A stretch of DNA of 64,000 nucleotides from Lama glama (Eukaryota), in contig CM052824.1 of the NCBI GenBank assembly GCA_028534125.1, forward strand, positions 61,132,001 through 61,196,000, in the 5' to 3' direction. The translations under genes were made by a program, and so were the position numbers. This document shows, piece by piece, positions 39,720 to 52,200 of this stretch (position 1 is its first letter; each line of letters opens with the position of its first letter). Under the pieces are notes generated by a model, which saw only the letters and a list, made by a program, of their open reading frames with translations, did no database searches and was not told where the DNA came from.

Positions 39720-40520
39720 CACAAAGGGGACCGGGACGCTCGGTCGGAGGCAGCGGGGCCCGGCTGGGCTCTGCAGGACCCGCCAACCTCCGCTAGGGGC
39801 TCACCTCCAGCCATCACCGCCCCGCCCCGCCCCGCCCCTCCTGAGCACGCGCACTGGGCAGGGCGAGGGCGCGGGCCCGGAGCGCACGCGCGGCGCGCCG
39901 GAAATCGCTGTGTGGTGGGGGGGCGCTGACCCGGAAGTGCTCGCGCGGCGGCGGCGGCGAGGGCAAGACACGCGCGCTTTGCTGGACTGAGTCGCCGGCT
40001 GGCGGGCGCCATGGTCTTCTTGACTGCGCCGCTCTGGCTGCGGAGCCGCCTCACCGACCGCTACTGGCGGGTCCAGGAGGTGCTGAAACACGCGCGGGTG
40101 AGTGTGCCGCGCGCCCCGCGCCCCTGCCCGGCGCGCGTATGGGCCCCGCCGACCGCGTTGTCTCCCATTTCTTGACCCAGCATTTCCGAGGAAGGAAGAA
40201 TCGGTGCTACCGGCTGGCGGTCAGAGCTGTGACGAGAGCGTTCGTGAAATGCACCCGAGCCCGCAGGCTGAAGAAGAGGAACATGAGGACGGTAAGCCCA
40301 GCCCGCGTCGGCCTCCGCCTCGCTGCCCCGGACCCTCCGGAGCTAAGGGCGGCGACTCTGACCCTGGAGAGTCAGCAGGGCCTCACTCGCCGCGGAGGCG
40401 GCCCCAGCCCGTAAGCCAGTCGTTCCTGTGCACGTGGTCTGCGAGGACCGGCCTCGGCAGCCCCGCCCTCCCCGTGGGGTTCCGCTCAGTCGGGGACACG
40501 TGCGCCTGCCGCTGGAGGAC
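39720..40520 (+). promoter_or_regulatory. MRPL20 CpG-island promoter
   Basis: Tandem GC boxes near 39818-39838, NRF1-like GCGCACGCGC 39882-39891, ETS/GABP site CCGGAAGTG 39931-39939. Confidence 0.8.
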
Positions 40521-42639
40521 AGCGGAGGGTCTCAGCGCAGGGTCCCGGTGCAGCAACAGCAGCAGCAGCCTTGCACGGAACCTGCTGAAATGCTGAGTCT
40601 CAGCACCTCCCCACCCCGCGGGCACCCATTGAATTGAGAGCTCTTGAGGTGGGGCCCAGCAATCTGCGTTCTAACAAACCTTTAGGTAGTTCTGATGCGC
40701 ATTCAAACTTGAGAACCACTGAAACACAGGAAGAAAGTTGACTTGAGTGTGTCTTAAGATTGAGAAAATAATGCCTTGAAAGAGTCTCTTAGGCCCCACC
40801 TTGTTTAGCAGATCCATTCAGAGCTTCCCGATCTTTCCCACCTGCCTACAAGCCTTGACTTCCCTGTGGTTAAGGGAACGGACCCTGCTGCTTCTGGCCA
40901 GCCAGGTCCTTTGTGAGGCCCCTCCTGCAGCTTCCACCTGGATTGTTCCACGCCTGCCTGGCGGCACCCGTCTCACTGGCTGTCACAGTCCATCCGCGGG
41001 TCCCTTTGGAGCTGTGCCTGGCAGAGACTCTTGCTCATCTTTGGATAAACGTGTGGAATTAACGCTTCCCAGCGCATGACCTTCTTGCTAAACCCTTTAG
41101 AAGGAAGCTGGCCTTTGGGTAAAGAGCCCAGGCCTTTGCTCACGGTGTCTGTACTACAGCTTGTTTGCCTGAATAAAACACTGACTTTGGTATTTGCTTT
41201 TACAAAAAACCTTTTAATTTAGTTAGAACCTTTGCTGGGAGGTGTGGACATAACATACTGCTAGTTCTGAAGCATCTTAAAAATTTTCTTATTTCAGCTC
41301 TGGATTAATCGAATTACAGCTGCTTCCCAGGAACACGGCCTGAAGTACCCAGCATTCATTGCCAATTTAATTAAGGTACGGTTGAGGATGTGGTTCTGTT
41401 GCAACGCTGAACGGCTTCATAAGTCTTCCCAGTTGTCATGGTCCAGCAGCCCATACGGTGGGACGTTAGCGCCCTAACGTTGCTTTCATTCTTGGGGTGC
41501 AGTTCTAGCAGCTTCAGGGACTTGTCACACTTGCTCTGCCCTTGCCCTGTGGTACCAAGACATGGGCCTTGGTGTTTCCCCATCAAGAAAAAATATGGAA
41601 AGACTTGACTTTAAAGTTTAATTTCAAAGTTTTTACACTGAATGAATTCTGATGAGGTAGCAGATCAAGTTGAAACTCATAATGAAAAAGGAGGGGAAAC
41701 ATCTTGGAGGGGAGAGATGAAGCACGTGTCACAAAATCTCTGCATCTGGTGATTATCCTATTTTCTCTGCTTTTGTGTGCACTTAAATTATTTCCCAGAA
41801 AGCTGGGGGAGTGGGTGTTATGCTTCTGCCTTATACCAGACCCTGTCTCTGGCACTTCACAGAGATCCTCAGGGTAAGTGTGAGGGTGACACTTCCATTT
41901 GACTGAGGGGAGCTGAGGCTCAGAAAGGAGAGGGACTTTGCCCAAGGCCCATGGGTCCCACGTAGTAGAACAGGATCCACTCCTGCGTAGCTGCATTCAG
42001 TGCCAGGAGACCCTCCCCTCTTTTTTCTGCACTTCAGGCTCCCTGGCACTGTCCATCCGTTTTCTGATGTTTAGTTGGTAGTCTGGCTCTCTTGTGGAAA
42101 TCAGGAATGCTTGGTTCTGATCCTGGTTCCTCTGCTTGTGCCTCTTCTGTGTCTCATTTTTCATCATTTGTAAAATGGGAATTGCGGTTTCCTCTTCCCA
42201 GATGACTTAAAGGGTCACCCCCGGCCAGAAATCTCTAAAGAAGGCCCTTGGGTCCATGGCTGGCACCAGGAGCAATGCCCCTACCCAACCCCTGTCCACA
42301 CTGACCCTCCAGGGTCCTGCTTCACCACTCCCCTCCCCCTCTGATGCTCACGTGATATTTGCTGAGGTGATTCAAATCGTAGGATGCTCAGCTGTGTTCC
42401 GAGTCTAATTATGTTTCACTGAAATGCATTTTTGATGCTGAAACAGACTCTGGTTCTCTTTCCAGTGCCGGGTGGAGCTCAACAGGAAAGTACTCGCAGA
42501 CCTAGCCATCTATGAACCAAAGACTTTTAAATCTTTGGCTTCTTTAGCCAAAAGGAGGCGACAGGAAGGATTTGCTGCTGCCTTGGGGGACGGGAAAGAG
42601 CCAGAAGGCATTTTTTCCAGGGTGGCACATCACCACTGA
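40011..42639 (+). CDS. MRPL20: Mitochondrial ribosomal protein L20 (bL20m), 149 aa
   Basis: Exons 40011-40097, 40181-40291, 41298-41375 and 42466-42639 total 450 nt. [46 protein letters not shown]...[17 protein letters not shown]...[22 protein letters not shown]. Confidence 0.97.
40530..40721. mobile_element. MER5A-like hAT DNA transposon remnant
   Basis: ggggcccagcaatctgcgttctaacaa...tctgatgcgcattcaaacttgagaaccactg terminal motif. Confidence 0.7.
41830..42000. mobile_element. MIR SINE remnant
   Basis: MIR core gaggggagctgaggctcagaaaggagagggactttgcccaaggcc. Confidence 0.6.
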
Positions 42640-42859
42640 AGGAGGATGCCGACACCAACTGTCCTTTGCAGCTGAGCGTCTTAGGGAAAGGCTTTTCCCT
42701 GCTGTGATGATTATACTAAAATAGGGACTAAGAAGTATTTGTGAGCAGTGTAAGTCTGACTTGTGTTTGTGTTCCTTTACACTTCAGTTAACAGCCCTGA
42801 GAGAAAAGGCCTGTCTTCTCATTGGCACAGGTTCAGAAATATCTCACATGGATCTTGTA

Positions 42860-42865
42860 AATAAA
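42860..42865 (+). terminator. Polyadenylation signal of MRPL20
   Basis: AATAAA about 220 nt after the stop codon, followed by GT-rich sequence. Confidence 0.7.
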
Positions 42866-45099
42866 GCTTGTGTGGTGTTGGGCTTTTTGAGCTGTGTTCT
42901 TTGGTGTCAGCAAACACACCGCAGGTGCGCCTGCCTGGGTGCCTGTGATGTGGTGAGTGAGGCTGCCAGGGTGAGAGGGGGTCAACTGAACATGCGCCTC
43001 TAGGAACCTTAGATCCTCCTGCAAGTAGGGGGTGGGGTGCGCCAGGCCTGTGATCTCTGGCCCTGCCCATCCCGCCTGTTTCCAGCAGGGATTCCACGGC
43101 TCAGCTCTTCAGCCACTCTGAGCACCAGGCTTCCTGCTGTCTTCCAGCCCAGCAGGCAGCAAGCGGGGTCCCAGTCTCACCGGAGCCCCCACAGGCAGGA
43201 TGACCATCAGATTACTTGGGAAGCCTTAATGTAGGGTTCCAGTCCCTCTCCCAGATACCTGACTTCATTAATAACAGAGCCAAGTCCAGAAGTAACTTCT
43301 CAGCACTGCCAGTTGTGTCCCCACTATCCATTGCATGGGGCCAGGGCCTCCCCTTGCTGTCTCTGGGAGCTAGTTCTGCCCTCGGCCTTGTTCTTCTGCA
43401 TTTTGAGCCCCTGTAGCTCCCACCTCCTATCTGGTCTGTTATCGGGCTCACCCGATAGCTCTCATGAGCTATCTCCTAGTACCAAAACCCAAGGGATACT
43501 GTCAGTCCTGGACCCCAAAGGTCACACACTCCCTTTCCTCTGCTTGCTGCCAACCAGGGTTCTTACCTCACCATTCCTCACACCCTCGGCCCAGGAGAGC
43601 TCTTTAGGCCCAGGGTTGCTGTCTGACTCCTGCACTTACCTGGCAATGCCCACCTGGCCCCACTCCAAAACTCCCATGCTGAGTCTTACGGTGATGCCCT
43701 CCTCTGTCCTTTGCCAGCAGTCCCCTGGAAGAAATTACTTCTTTGGACCCAACACCCACCTCCAACTGTGCACTCTTCTCCATCCTCGCCACAGGCCAAC
43801 ATCTCTTCTGGCTCCAAATACTGCAATGGCTTCCTAAGAGGCCCCTCCTCCTGGCCCTTGTCACGGTGTCTAATGATGGCCACTGAACTGTAAGCATTTG
43901 GAGGCCCGGGGCTGAGTCCTGTTTTGCCACAACCACTGCAGTGGCTGACTACACAGTTCATCAGTTCATCCACAGACAACAGGGTAGAGAATACAGAGGG
44001 TCCTCTGGTGTGGGGACCAAGTACTGTGCAGAATGCACTGATGTGGAGGAGCTGCCTTTTCTTTGTTCATCTCGGTAAAGGAAGATGGGGATGTGACAGA
44101 CAACTGTGGGCTGCTCCTGGCACCCACGCCCCCTCCAGCCACAGGACCCAGTTTTCCTTTCATGCAGGCCAAGGACCAGAGCCTGGCTCTGACTGGCTAG
44201 AGCCATCAGCTCTTCCCTCTCCTCTAGCTGTTCAGGAAATGGACAGGTAATCCAAGAAGGCCCAATGAGAAGCTCTTTCCTGGGGCTTCTGGATGAGGAA
44301 ATTATTCCTTTCATGGACAGTGTGCTGCTGTAGCCTGCAAAGAGGAGACATCCAGGACCTGGCAGCCTAGGGGTAGGGGAGACGGGGCACTGTAACCATG
44401 TTGCTCACGGGAGTGGAGAAGAGAGAGACTGGGTTTTAGTCTGCACTGTTCCTGAGCTGCAGGGTCAAGTCTCACTTGAGTGAAAGGCAGTGGTGGCCTC
44501 TGGGTTTGGGCAGGTTTGAGTTGAGTGCAGTTACTGGCAGATCCCAGGGGTCTGAACCTGCCCCCACCTCAAGCTGTCAGTCATCAAGGCCTTCCCACCA
44601 TCCTTACACAGGTTCTTGCACTAGTCCTAGTGAAACGTTTAGAATAACTGTTCAGCAACAGACAACTAATACTGCATCTGACGTGACAGCAACACTGCTG
44701 CCTGGTGATGTAAAAACCACCAGAAGCTGTCAGTCATTAATCCTGAGAGCGCCTGCTACAACCGGTGGGGGAATGGAGGGTCAAATCCCTCGACGGCTTC
44801 CCGCTGTTTGCAGTATACAGTCTCAGCCTCTTCCCGTGGCCCCGGGGGGCATCCTAGCCTGGCTCCTCGCCCCCCAACTCGGTTAGAACTCACGCCTTTT
44901 GCAGTCAGTGGCTCTGTAGAAACATCGCATTATAAACGTTTCCAGCTATCTTCTCTCTTCCTGTGGACTCAATTCTGAAGGCAAGAACTCTGAATCTGGC
45001 GTTGTATCTTTACCCTAAACCTGGACTCAGTAAAGGCTCGAGAGTAAAGACCATGCCAGCGGCCACGAATTAACTGGCAAACGTATGACGTTGCTGCTG

Positions 45100-46270
45100 G
45101 GCGTGGGCTGGGGACAACTTACCAGCGCGTGCGTCAATGCTTTCAGGCCGGGGGCCTCCGAGACCTTCGACGCCTCCAACCAAGCCCTCCCTGCTCCAGT
45201 GGCCCGCAGGGCGCAATCCCGGCAGAGGGAGAGCCGCCACCCCCTTACGGGCCCACGGAACAGGGGGCGCCCGCCGGACCCTGCCAGACCCCCAGGAAGC
45301 CTGGGGCAGCGGTGGAAGCCTCACGAGCTCCGGGTCCTTTGGGAAGACCGAACCACCGCGCCGAAGCAGTCCGGGCCCTAAAGGGTGCCCGGAGCCGGCA
45401 TCAGCCACTAGTGCTTCCGGGTCGGGGCCCAGACCCCGGCCTCGCTCGGCCGCTGCGGGGCCCACTGGGTAACGAGCCCGCCCGCGCCTGCTCCCGTGCC
45501 GGGTTGCTACGTCAGCCACGACGCTGACGGGCAGGAGGCACAGCCAATCGCGAGAAGGCGGCGCCGGGCCGTCCGCCGGTCGAACCAATGGCACGTGGCG
45601 GGGCGGGGCGGTCGCGGCCGTAGAGCGTCGTGAGGAGCCGCCCTGCCGGGAAGGAGCTCGAAAGGGAGTCGGCGGCACAAAATGGCGGCGGCGGCGGCAG
45701 CGGCGGCGGCGGCGGGGACGGCCACGGCCGGGGCTCCGGGGCCGGCGGCCCCCGCGACAGCGGCCGGCACACCGGGCTCCGGGAGCGCGGTCCCCGCGTC
45801 GCAGGGGGTGCTGATCGGGGACCGGCTGTACTCCGGGGTGCTCATCACCTTGGAGAACTGCCTCCTGCCCGACGACAAGCTCCGCTTCACGCCGTCCATG
45901 TCGAGTGGCCTCGACACAGACACGGAGACCGACCTCCGCGTGGTGGGCTGCGAGCTCATCCAGGCGGCCGGCATCCTGCTCCGCCTGCCGCAGGTGAGGG
46001 AGCGGCCGCGAGCCTCGGGCTGAGGTAACCGCCGCGCCGGCCGGAGGAGGCAGCCGGGCCCTTTGTTGGCTGCGAGGCCGGCCCAGCGGGACCCAGGCCC
46101 AGCGCCGACCCCCGACCCCTCTCATCCCGCCTGGGACTTGTGTCCAGCGCTGACCCCTGACCCCGACCCCTTAGTCTCCGCCCGGCATCCGGGACCCGCG
46201 ACTAGCGCTGGCCCAGCTTCACTGCTACGGCCCACCAGAGGTGGCGAGGGAGGCAGGGCAGCAGGTCGGG
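45100..46270. promoter_or_regulatory. CCNL2 CpG-island promoter
   Basis: CCAAT boxes at 45544 and 45585, E-box CACGTG 45592-45597, GC boxes near 45600, YY1 motif CAAAATGGCGGC 45678-45689 overlapping the start codon. Confidence 0.8.
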
Positions 46271-49200
46271 AAGAGCCTTTGTGGACACACAAGAAGTTTT
46301 AGTTTTTGGTTCTTTGTCAGGGGCCTCCTGAAACCCAGTGACTTAACTTCGAAGTCCTTGAATTATGCGTTTGAAGAGGATGGAAATCTTTCTCTTTTGT
46401 AGGTGGCTATGGCTACTGGGCAGGTGTTGTTCCAGCGGTTTTTTTATACCAAGTCCTTTGTGAAGCATTCCATGGAGGTAGGGGCTTCCTCTTGTTGTTT
46501 CCCACAGAAATGTGTTGACAGAAAAGCTGGGGAGTTGTCTTGCCGGGTAGTTCAGAGGAAGGAGAACGTGGTCGCAGTGTTGTACTTGAGGGGTTGGGAA
46601 GTCTCCTGTGCTGTAGCGGGGTTTCTCCTAAGTGGCCTTTTTCTCAGCGTACACCTCCTCTTTGCCCTCAACCGACCTTCTTCAGCTGTTGGAGACTCGT
46701 GATTGGAAATGTCTGTATGTTGCATTGCTTACGTTCCAGCACGTGTCGATGGCTTGTGTTCACCTGGCCTCCAAAATAGAAGAGGCTCCAAGACGGATTC
46801 GGGATGTCATCAATGTGTTTCATCGCCTTCGGCACCTGAGAGAGAAAAAGTGAGTCTTCAGGGCTGTCCTGAACACTCATCCCCTTGTTTTTATGGTTAT
46901 TTAGTTACACTAATGTTCCTGAAACAAACTTAGGGGTGTGAAGTCTTAAACTTGTGCCCAGAGGAGGCCTGGTGCCTCGGGGGTGTCCAACAGACACTGT
47001 TTCATGAGTGAAGGGCCACGGGTAGCGGGACAGGGTACTGTGTCTACAGTTTTGGTCTCCTGGCTTGCCCACGTCAGGCTCTGAATGCTCTCAAGCTGGG
47101 TTCTCAACCTCAGCACAGTTTATGTTTTGGGCTGGATGATTCTTTGTTGTGGGAACTGGCCTGTGTCTTGTAGGATGTTTAGAAGCCTCTTCGGCCTCCA
47201 CAGTAGATGCTAACAGTTCCTCCCTCAGCTGTGACAGCCGGAAACTTCTCCAGACATCACTGTGTGGTCTTGGGACAGCAGAGTTGCCCTCTGTTGAGAA
47301 CCACTGCCTGGACCTTGGCCTCGACTTTCCCATCCTAAAACTGACGGGAGTCCTTTGTAAAACACAGTCTCAGCTGCTTAAACGTTTTGTTTCCATTGCT
47401 TCTTTGTTTTTTTGTTCATCTGCAACACATACATATACTTTGAGCTGGCGAAGGACGTGTGGTCCTTATGCGATGAGGTTGGCAGACCCTCCCTGTGCTC
47501 TGTCCGTGTTTATCACCTATAAGCAGAGCATGCGGGGATTGTGGAGACGGGCGAGTAGGTAGCTTAGGCTTGAGGAAGACTTTGCGGGTTTTGTTAGTTA
47601 GAGGAAGTGAGCTTCCTAAGTCTGTACTGTGTTTATAGTTGGTTGTCACTGCTTGGGGGTAATCATGGGACTTAATGCACTGTTTCATTTAACCCTTATG
47701 CAGACCACGTGCTTTGTCTTTGTAGAAAGCCTGTGCCTCTGCTGTTAGATCAAGATTACGTTAACTTAAAGAATCAAATTATAAAGGCGGAAAGGCGGGT
47801 TCTCAAAGAGCTGGGTTTCTGTGTCCACGTGAAGCACCCTCACAAGGTGGGTATGCAGCCCAGCTGCCACGTCAGCCCTCCTGAGTCCCTGCTCTATTCT
47901 TACGCAGATTAGAAACTGAAGAGGACTGAATGTCCTTGACTTGGTTTTCCAGTTTATATTTCTCATCTGAAAATGACTGTTTGCTCATTAGCCTTCCTGT
48001 ATCATGATAATTTTAATAGTGTGTTTTTAAGAGTTTTGGGAATTACATTTTTTAAGTTTGAGCTTTCAGAAATAGTGATGAACCTGTAAAAATGCAGTCT
48101 GTCAGTTTACATTTTCTTTTCTCAACAGATAATTTTCTAAAGTAGCTTTAGTGTTAACTTTATTTCTTGTTATGGAAGAACTGGAGAATTCTGGGCCCTT
48201 TCATTTGGAAATGCACTAACATGGCGCTGCAGGCTGCTCTGGTTTAGAAGCATGCAGTGCCGCGTGTACCTTCCACGTTACACTCAGACACAGGGCTTGT
48301 TTTTTTTTAAAGAGTGCTATTTTCAAGTTTCCATCCCCCTTTTATTGGCGGTTTCCTCATATCTCTCTTGCTTGTGTGACTTTCTGGCATTAATTCAAAT
48401 TCTTGGTAAATTACTCCCCATAGATTTAAGAGCTTTTTCTTCATTTGCTGAAAGTGTTTTCACACCATGTTTTGTGTAAGTTGGCGACTGGGGTACGGAA
48501 ATGTTCAGGGCAGGCTAAGCTCCCTGGTGGAAAATGTGTCGAAGACAAGAATGAGTATCAGCCGTGCACCGGCAGGACCAACTACGGTGCAGCTAGGTCC
48601 TCACGCGCTTTCGTGGTGCCTGGCTGCAAAAGCAGGTGGCAAGTGCGTCTGCAGAAACTGCCCTCCAGCCGAGCTGTGCAGCGGGCGTGTGACCAGGAGC
48701 CAGCCCTGGGATCTAGCCTGAGGCTCTTATTTGCTGCATGGACGCCCTCAAGATCTGAATTCTNNNNNNNNNNNNNNNNNNNNNNNNNNNNNNNNNNNNN
48801 NNNNNNNNNNNNNNNNNNNNNNNNNNNNNNNNNNNNNNNNNNNNNNNNNNNNNNNNNNNNNNNNNNNNNNNNNNNNNNNNNNNNNNNNNNNNNNNTTACG
48901 AGACCAGCAAGGGCAGTGCAGGAGTGTGTTGATGCGAGGCGCTTGGGCAGGGGGTAGTCAGTCCCATGACGTGGTTGTGGGCTAGAGTTGTCCGAGTGCC
49001 CAGTGTTCCTGCCGGGTAAATTCCAACCAGCCTCCCAAATAACAGGCACTGGTGTAACGGTAAGGTGGCCCATCCCCTCCCCGACCCTCTGGGAGGGCGG
49101 TCAGTGGCTTCCCTTTGGGGGCCGTTGACTTGGCACCTTAGGGTCTTCCCTACAGGTGCCATCCTGGACTTAGTGGTTTCATATCTGCTGTGAAACTGCT

Positions 49201-52200
49201 TTTAACTGCTTCCATTAAAGAGAGTCCTGTGGGAGAAGGAGGGGTTATAAAGCTTCCCTGCAGTTTGGGGATTGATGGTAACAAAGCACATGCTAGAAAG
49301 GGGCCTGAAAGTGGCAGTTCAGTGCTGGGTGCTTTGTGAGTTTCCATGGAGTTAAGTCTGTGAGGGTCGTAGTTATGCTGCCTGAATTGTCTGGTGCTGT
49401 GCNNNNNNNNNNNNNNNNNNNNNNNNNNNNNNNNNNNNNNNNNNNNNNNNNNNNNNNNNNNNNNNNNNNNNNNNNNNNNNNNNNNNNNNNNNNNNNNNNN
49501 NNNNNNNNNNNNNNNNNNNNNNNNNNNNNNNNNNNNNNNNNNCCCAGTGCAGGCTCCACCGAAGGCCGGCTCTAGACGGTGGTGTGCGCGCGGCAGTGTA
49601 GTGCTGGCCGACTGCTGCCGTGGCTCTGACGGTTGTGCTTCTTGTTAACCTGTCGTGCTTTGGTAATTGTATGACTAGAGTGATAACTGTCTTGACTTGA
49701 ATTTTGTCCTTTAAAACTGCCATACCTGTGCAATAAAGATGCAATACCTTTGTCTTTAAAAAATAAAACAACAACAAAAACCTCTACAGAAAGCTGTACA
49801 AATTGGCTGATGGGAACTCAGAGTTTAGTATGGGAGGATATTATTATTTCTGGAAGTGCTAAAGTTACTCTTTCCAGCACCTAAGTGTTGACACATTCTA
49901 GTAAAAGGTGTGCATCTTTAAATAATTTCATGACACTTTATTGTAACTTATTTCAAATATAGCAGTTAAGTATATGTTTTGAGGACTTTTTTTTTTAGAA
50001 CCTGGAAGTTCTATTTGAGTGTTAAAAATATTTTTTTATTAGAACCAAAAAGTTACTGATGGTTATGTTTATATAAAATGTTTGAACTTGTTTACTTGCA
50101 ACTCTCTGGGACATTTGGCCTTGGCACCATCACACTGGCTTTTCTTTGGTCACCTCTTGGTTCCTGGAGCAGAGCTTCAGAGCCAGGTGCTGCCAGTGGC
50201 ATATGTAGAATTTATCACTGAGAAATCTCTCCTTGGGTTTGTACATCAGTTTATCTGGGATTTAGGGCAGAGATAACCGGGGGTTGGGGTGGGGGGGTTC
50301 AGTCAGATCCCAGCATGACATGGCTCACCTGGGGGTGTGCCTGTCACTGGGGTGTGTAAGCACTAGATATATGACCTATTCAGCTGTTTTCTTGTGGAAT
50401 TGATCTTCTGTTTTTGCAATGTTGATAAAGTTAATGAGAGATCTGATTTCGGTCTAGTAAATCTTAAAGAAATATATCTATATGAAAATGTTGAAAATGT
50501 AGCCAATTTTAAAACTCTTTAACTTTTTAAAAAATGCAAGTGTTTTGTATTTTTGTATGTTTTAAAATATGATAAAGTTTTTAAAATGTACTGACTGTGA
50601 TGAAACTTGTATTTTGTTCTTTTATCTGCTCTTATGAATGTTCACTTTAAGACTCCTTGTTGAGATGGGACAATTTGGAAACAGTTCTTTCATAACCCTG
50701 AGAAGAGGGTTTCCCTCTGGGCATTGAGCCCTCCTCTGCAGACGCTCCCGTGCACCCACGGGCGTTTTCCCTTTGCGAGTGGACTCCGTGTGGAAGAAGG
50801 CGGCCAGGCTGTGAACACCTCTTCAAGGAAAAGGACACAAGAGGACCTCTTGGCTCAGAAAGGCCCTCGCAGGCTTTGTGCTCAGCCCATTCTTTTGAGT
50901 TTGCATGTTTCTCTGCACTACGGATTTTGAGCATTTAAGGCTCCTTAATCAAACACATTGAACTGCCACAGTAGACATCTTTCTGAGGCACTGACTTTTG
51001 CATGAGAGCAGGCTAGAGGTTGAGAGGGAAAAGTAAAGTTAAACTCGGTTCTCTTTTATAGCAACACGTGTTGTTTGACATTCAGCCAGCTTTTAAAATT
51101 TTTTTCAGTAATTTCCCTGTCCTCCTGTCCTGTATTCAGAAAAAGCAGCTGGACTGTTTCTCCATGAACTTGTGAGGTTCCCAGGACTGTCTAGCTTTAA
51201 GGCCTGGCAGTAGACTACGTAGGGGAGTAGTGACTTTATGTAGATGATGCAGATGGGTATCGTGGGCTGCCCTGGGGTGTTGCAATTCTTCCTGCGTTTG
51301 GTTTTCAGGAATTACATGAATGACAGCCTGCGCACAGATGTTTTTGTGAGGTTTCAGCCTGAGAGCATCGCCTGTGCCTGCATTTATCTCGCCGCCCGGA
51401 CGCTGGAGGTCAGTGGGCCACCACGGGGGGTTCCAGTCTGCTGCTTTCACTAGCCTCCAGTAAACTTTCATGTCATGTACTCCAAATCAGGCTTCTTGGT
51501 GCCAACAAGAAGCCTCCTTGTTGGTGTCCAGCAGGCTTGTGTTGTAGCACCCTGAGAATTTTGTTGGCGTTGAAGGAGAGTATCACAGTGGTATTTGTCT
51601 TTACAGATCCCTCTGCCCAATCGTCCCCATTGGTTCCTTTTGTTTGGAGCAACTGAAGAAGAAATTCAAGAAATCTGCTTGAAAATCCTGCAGCTCTATA
51701 CTCGCAAGAAGGTTCTGGTTTTTTTTTTTTTCATGTAGTATGTTGGTTGTGTTTGACTAGAGGCATCCGGTTCTGAACTGTGGGCTCTGGCTTTCCCAGG
51801 TTGACCTGACACACCTGGAGGGTGAGGTGGAGAAGCGCAGGCATGCCCTCGACGAGGCCAAGGCACAGGCCAAGGGCCTCCTCCCCGGCGGCGCCCAGGT
51901 GCTGGACAGCACGTCACGGTTCTCACCTGCCCCCAAGCTGGGTGAGTGTCGGGTATGAGTCTGCTCCCTGCGGGGGTGACCCTCTCCTTCAGATTCCTTT
52001 GGGAATCGCAGCTAATCTGAGCACTCTGCAGGCTCCAGCGTCCCCATGAGCGCATGGTGATGTTTGAAGTGAGGCAGGCGTTCCTGGAGAGTTGGTTTTT
52101 GTATTCACCAGGAAGGGATGTGAACAGGCTTTCTGCAATGCAGTTAGTTTGTGTTTTGCTGAAACTCTCATAAATCTGGGGCAGGAGATGGTGTCAGCTC

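Noticed and set aside
45070-46125. 351-aa minus-strand ORF
   Set aside because: Antisense of CCNL2 exon 1 within a CpG island.
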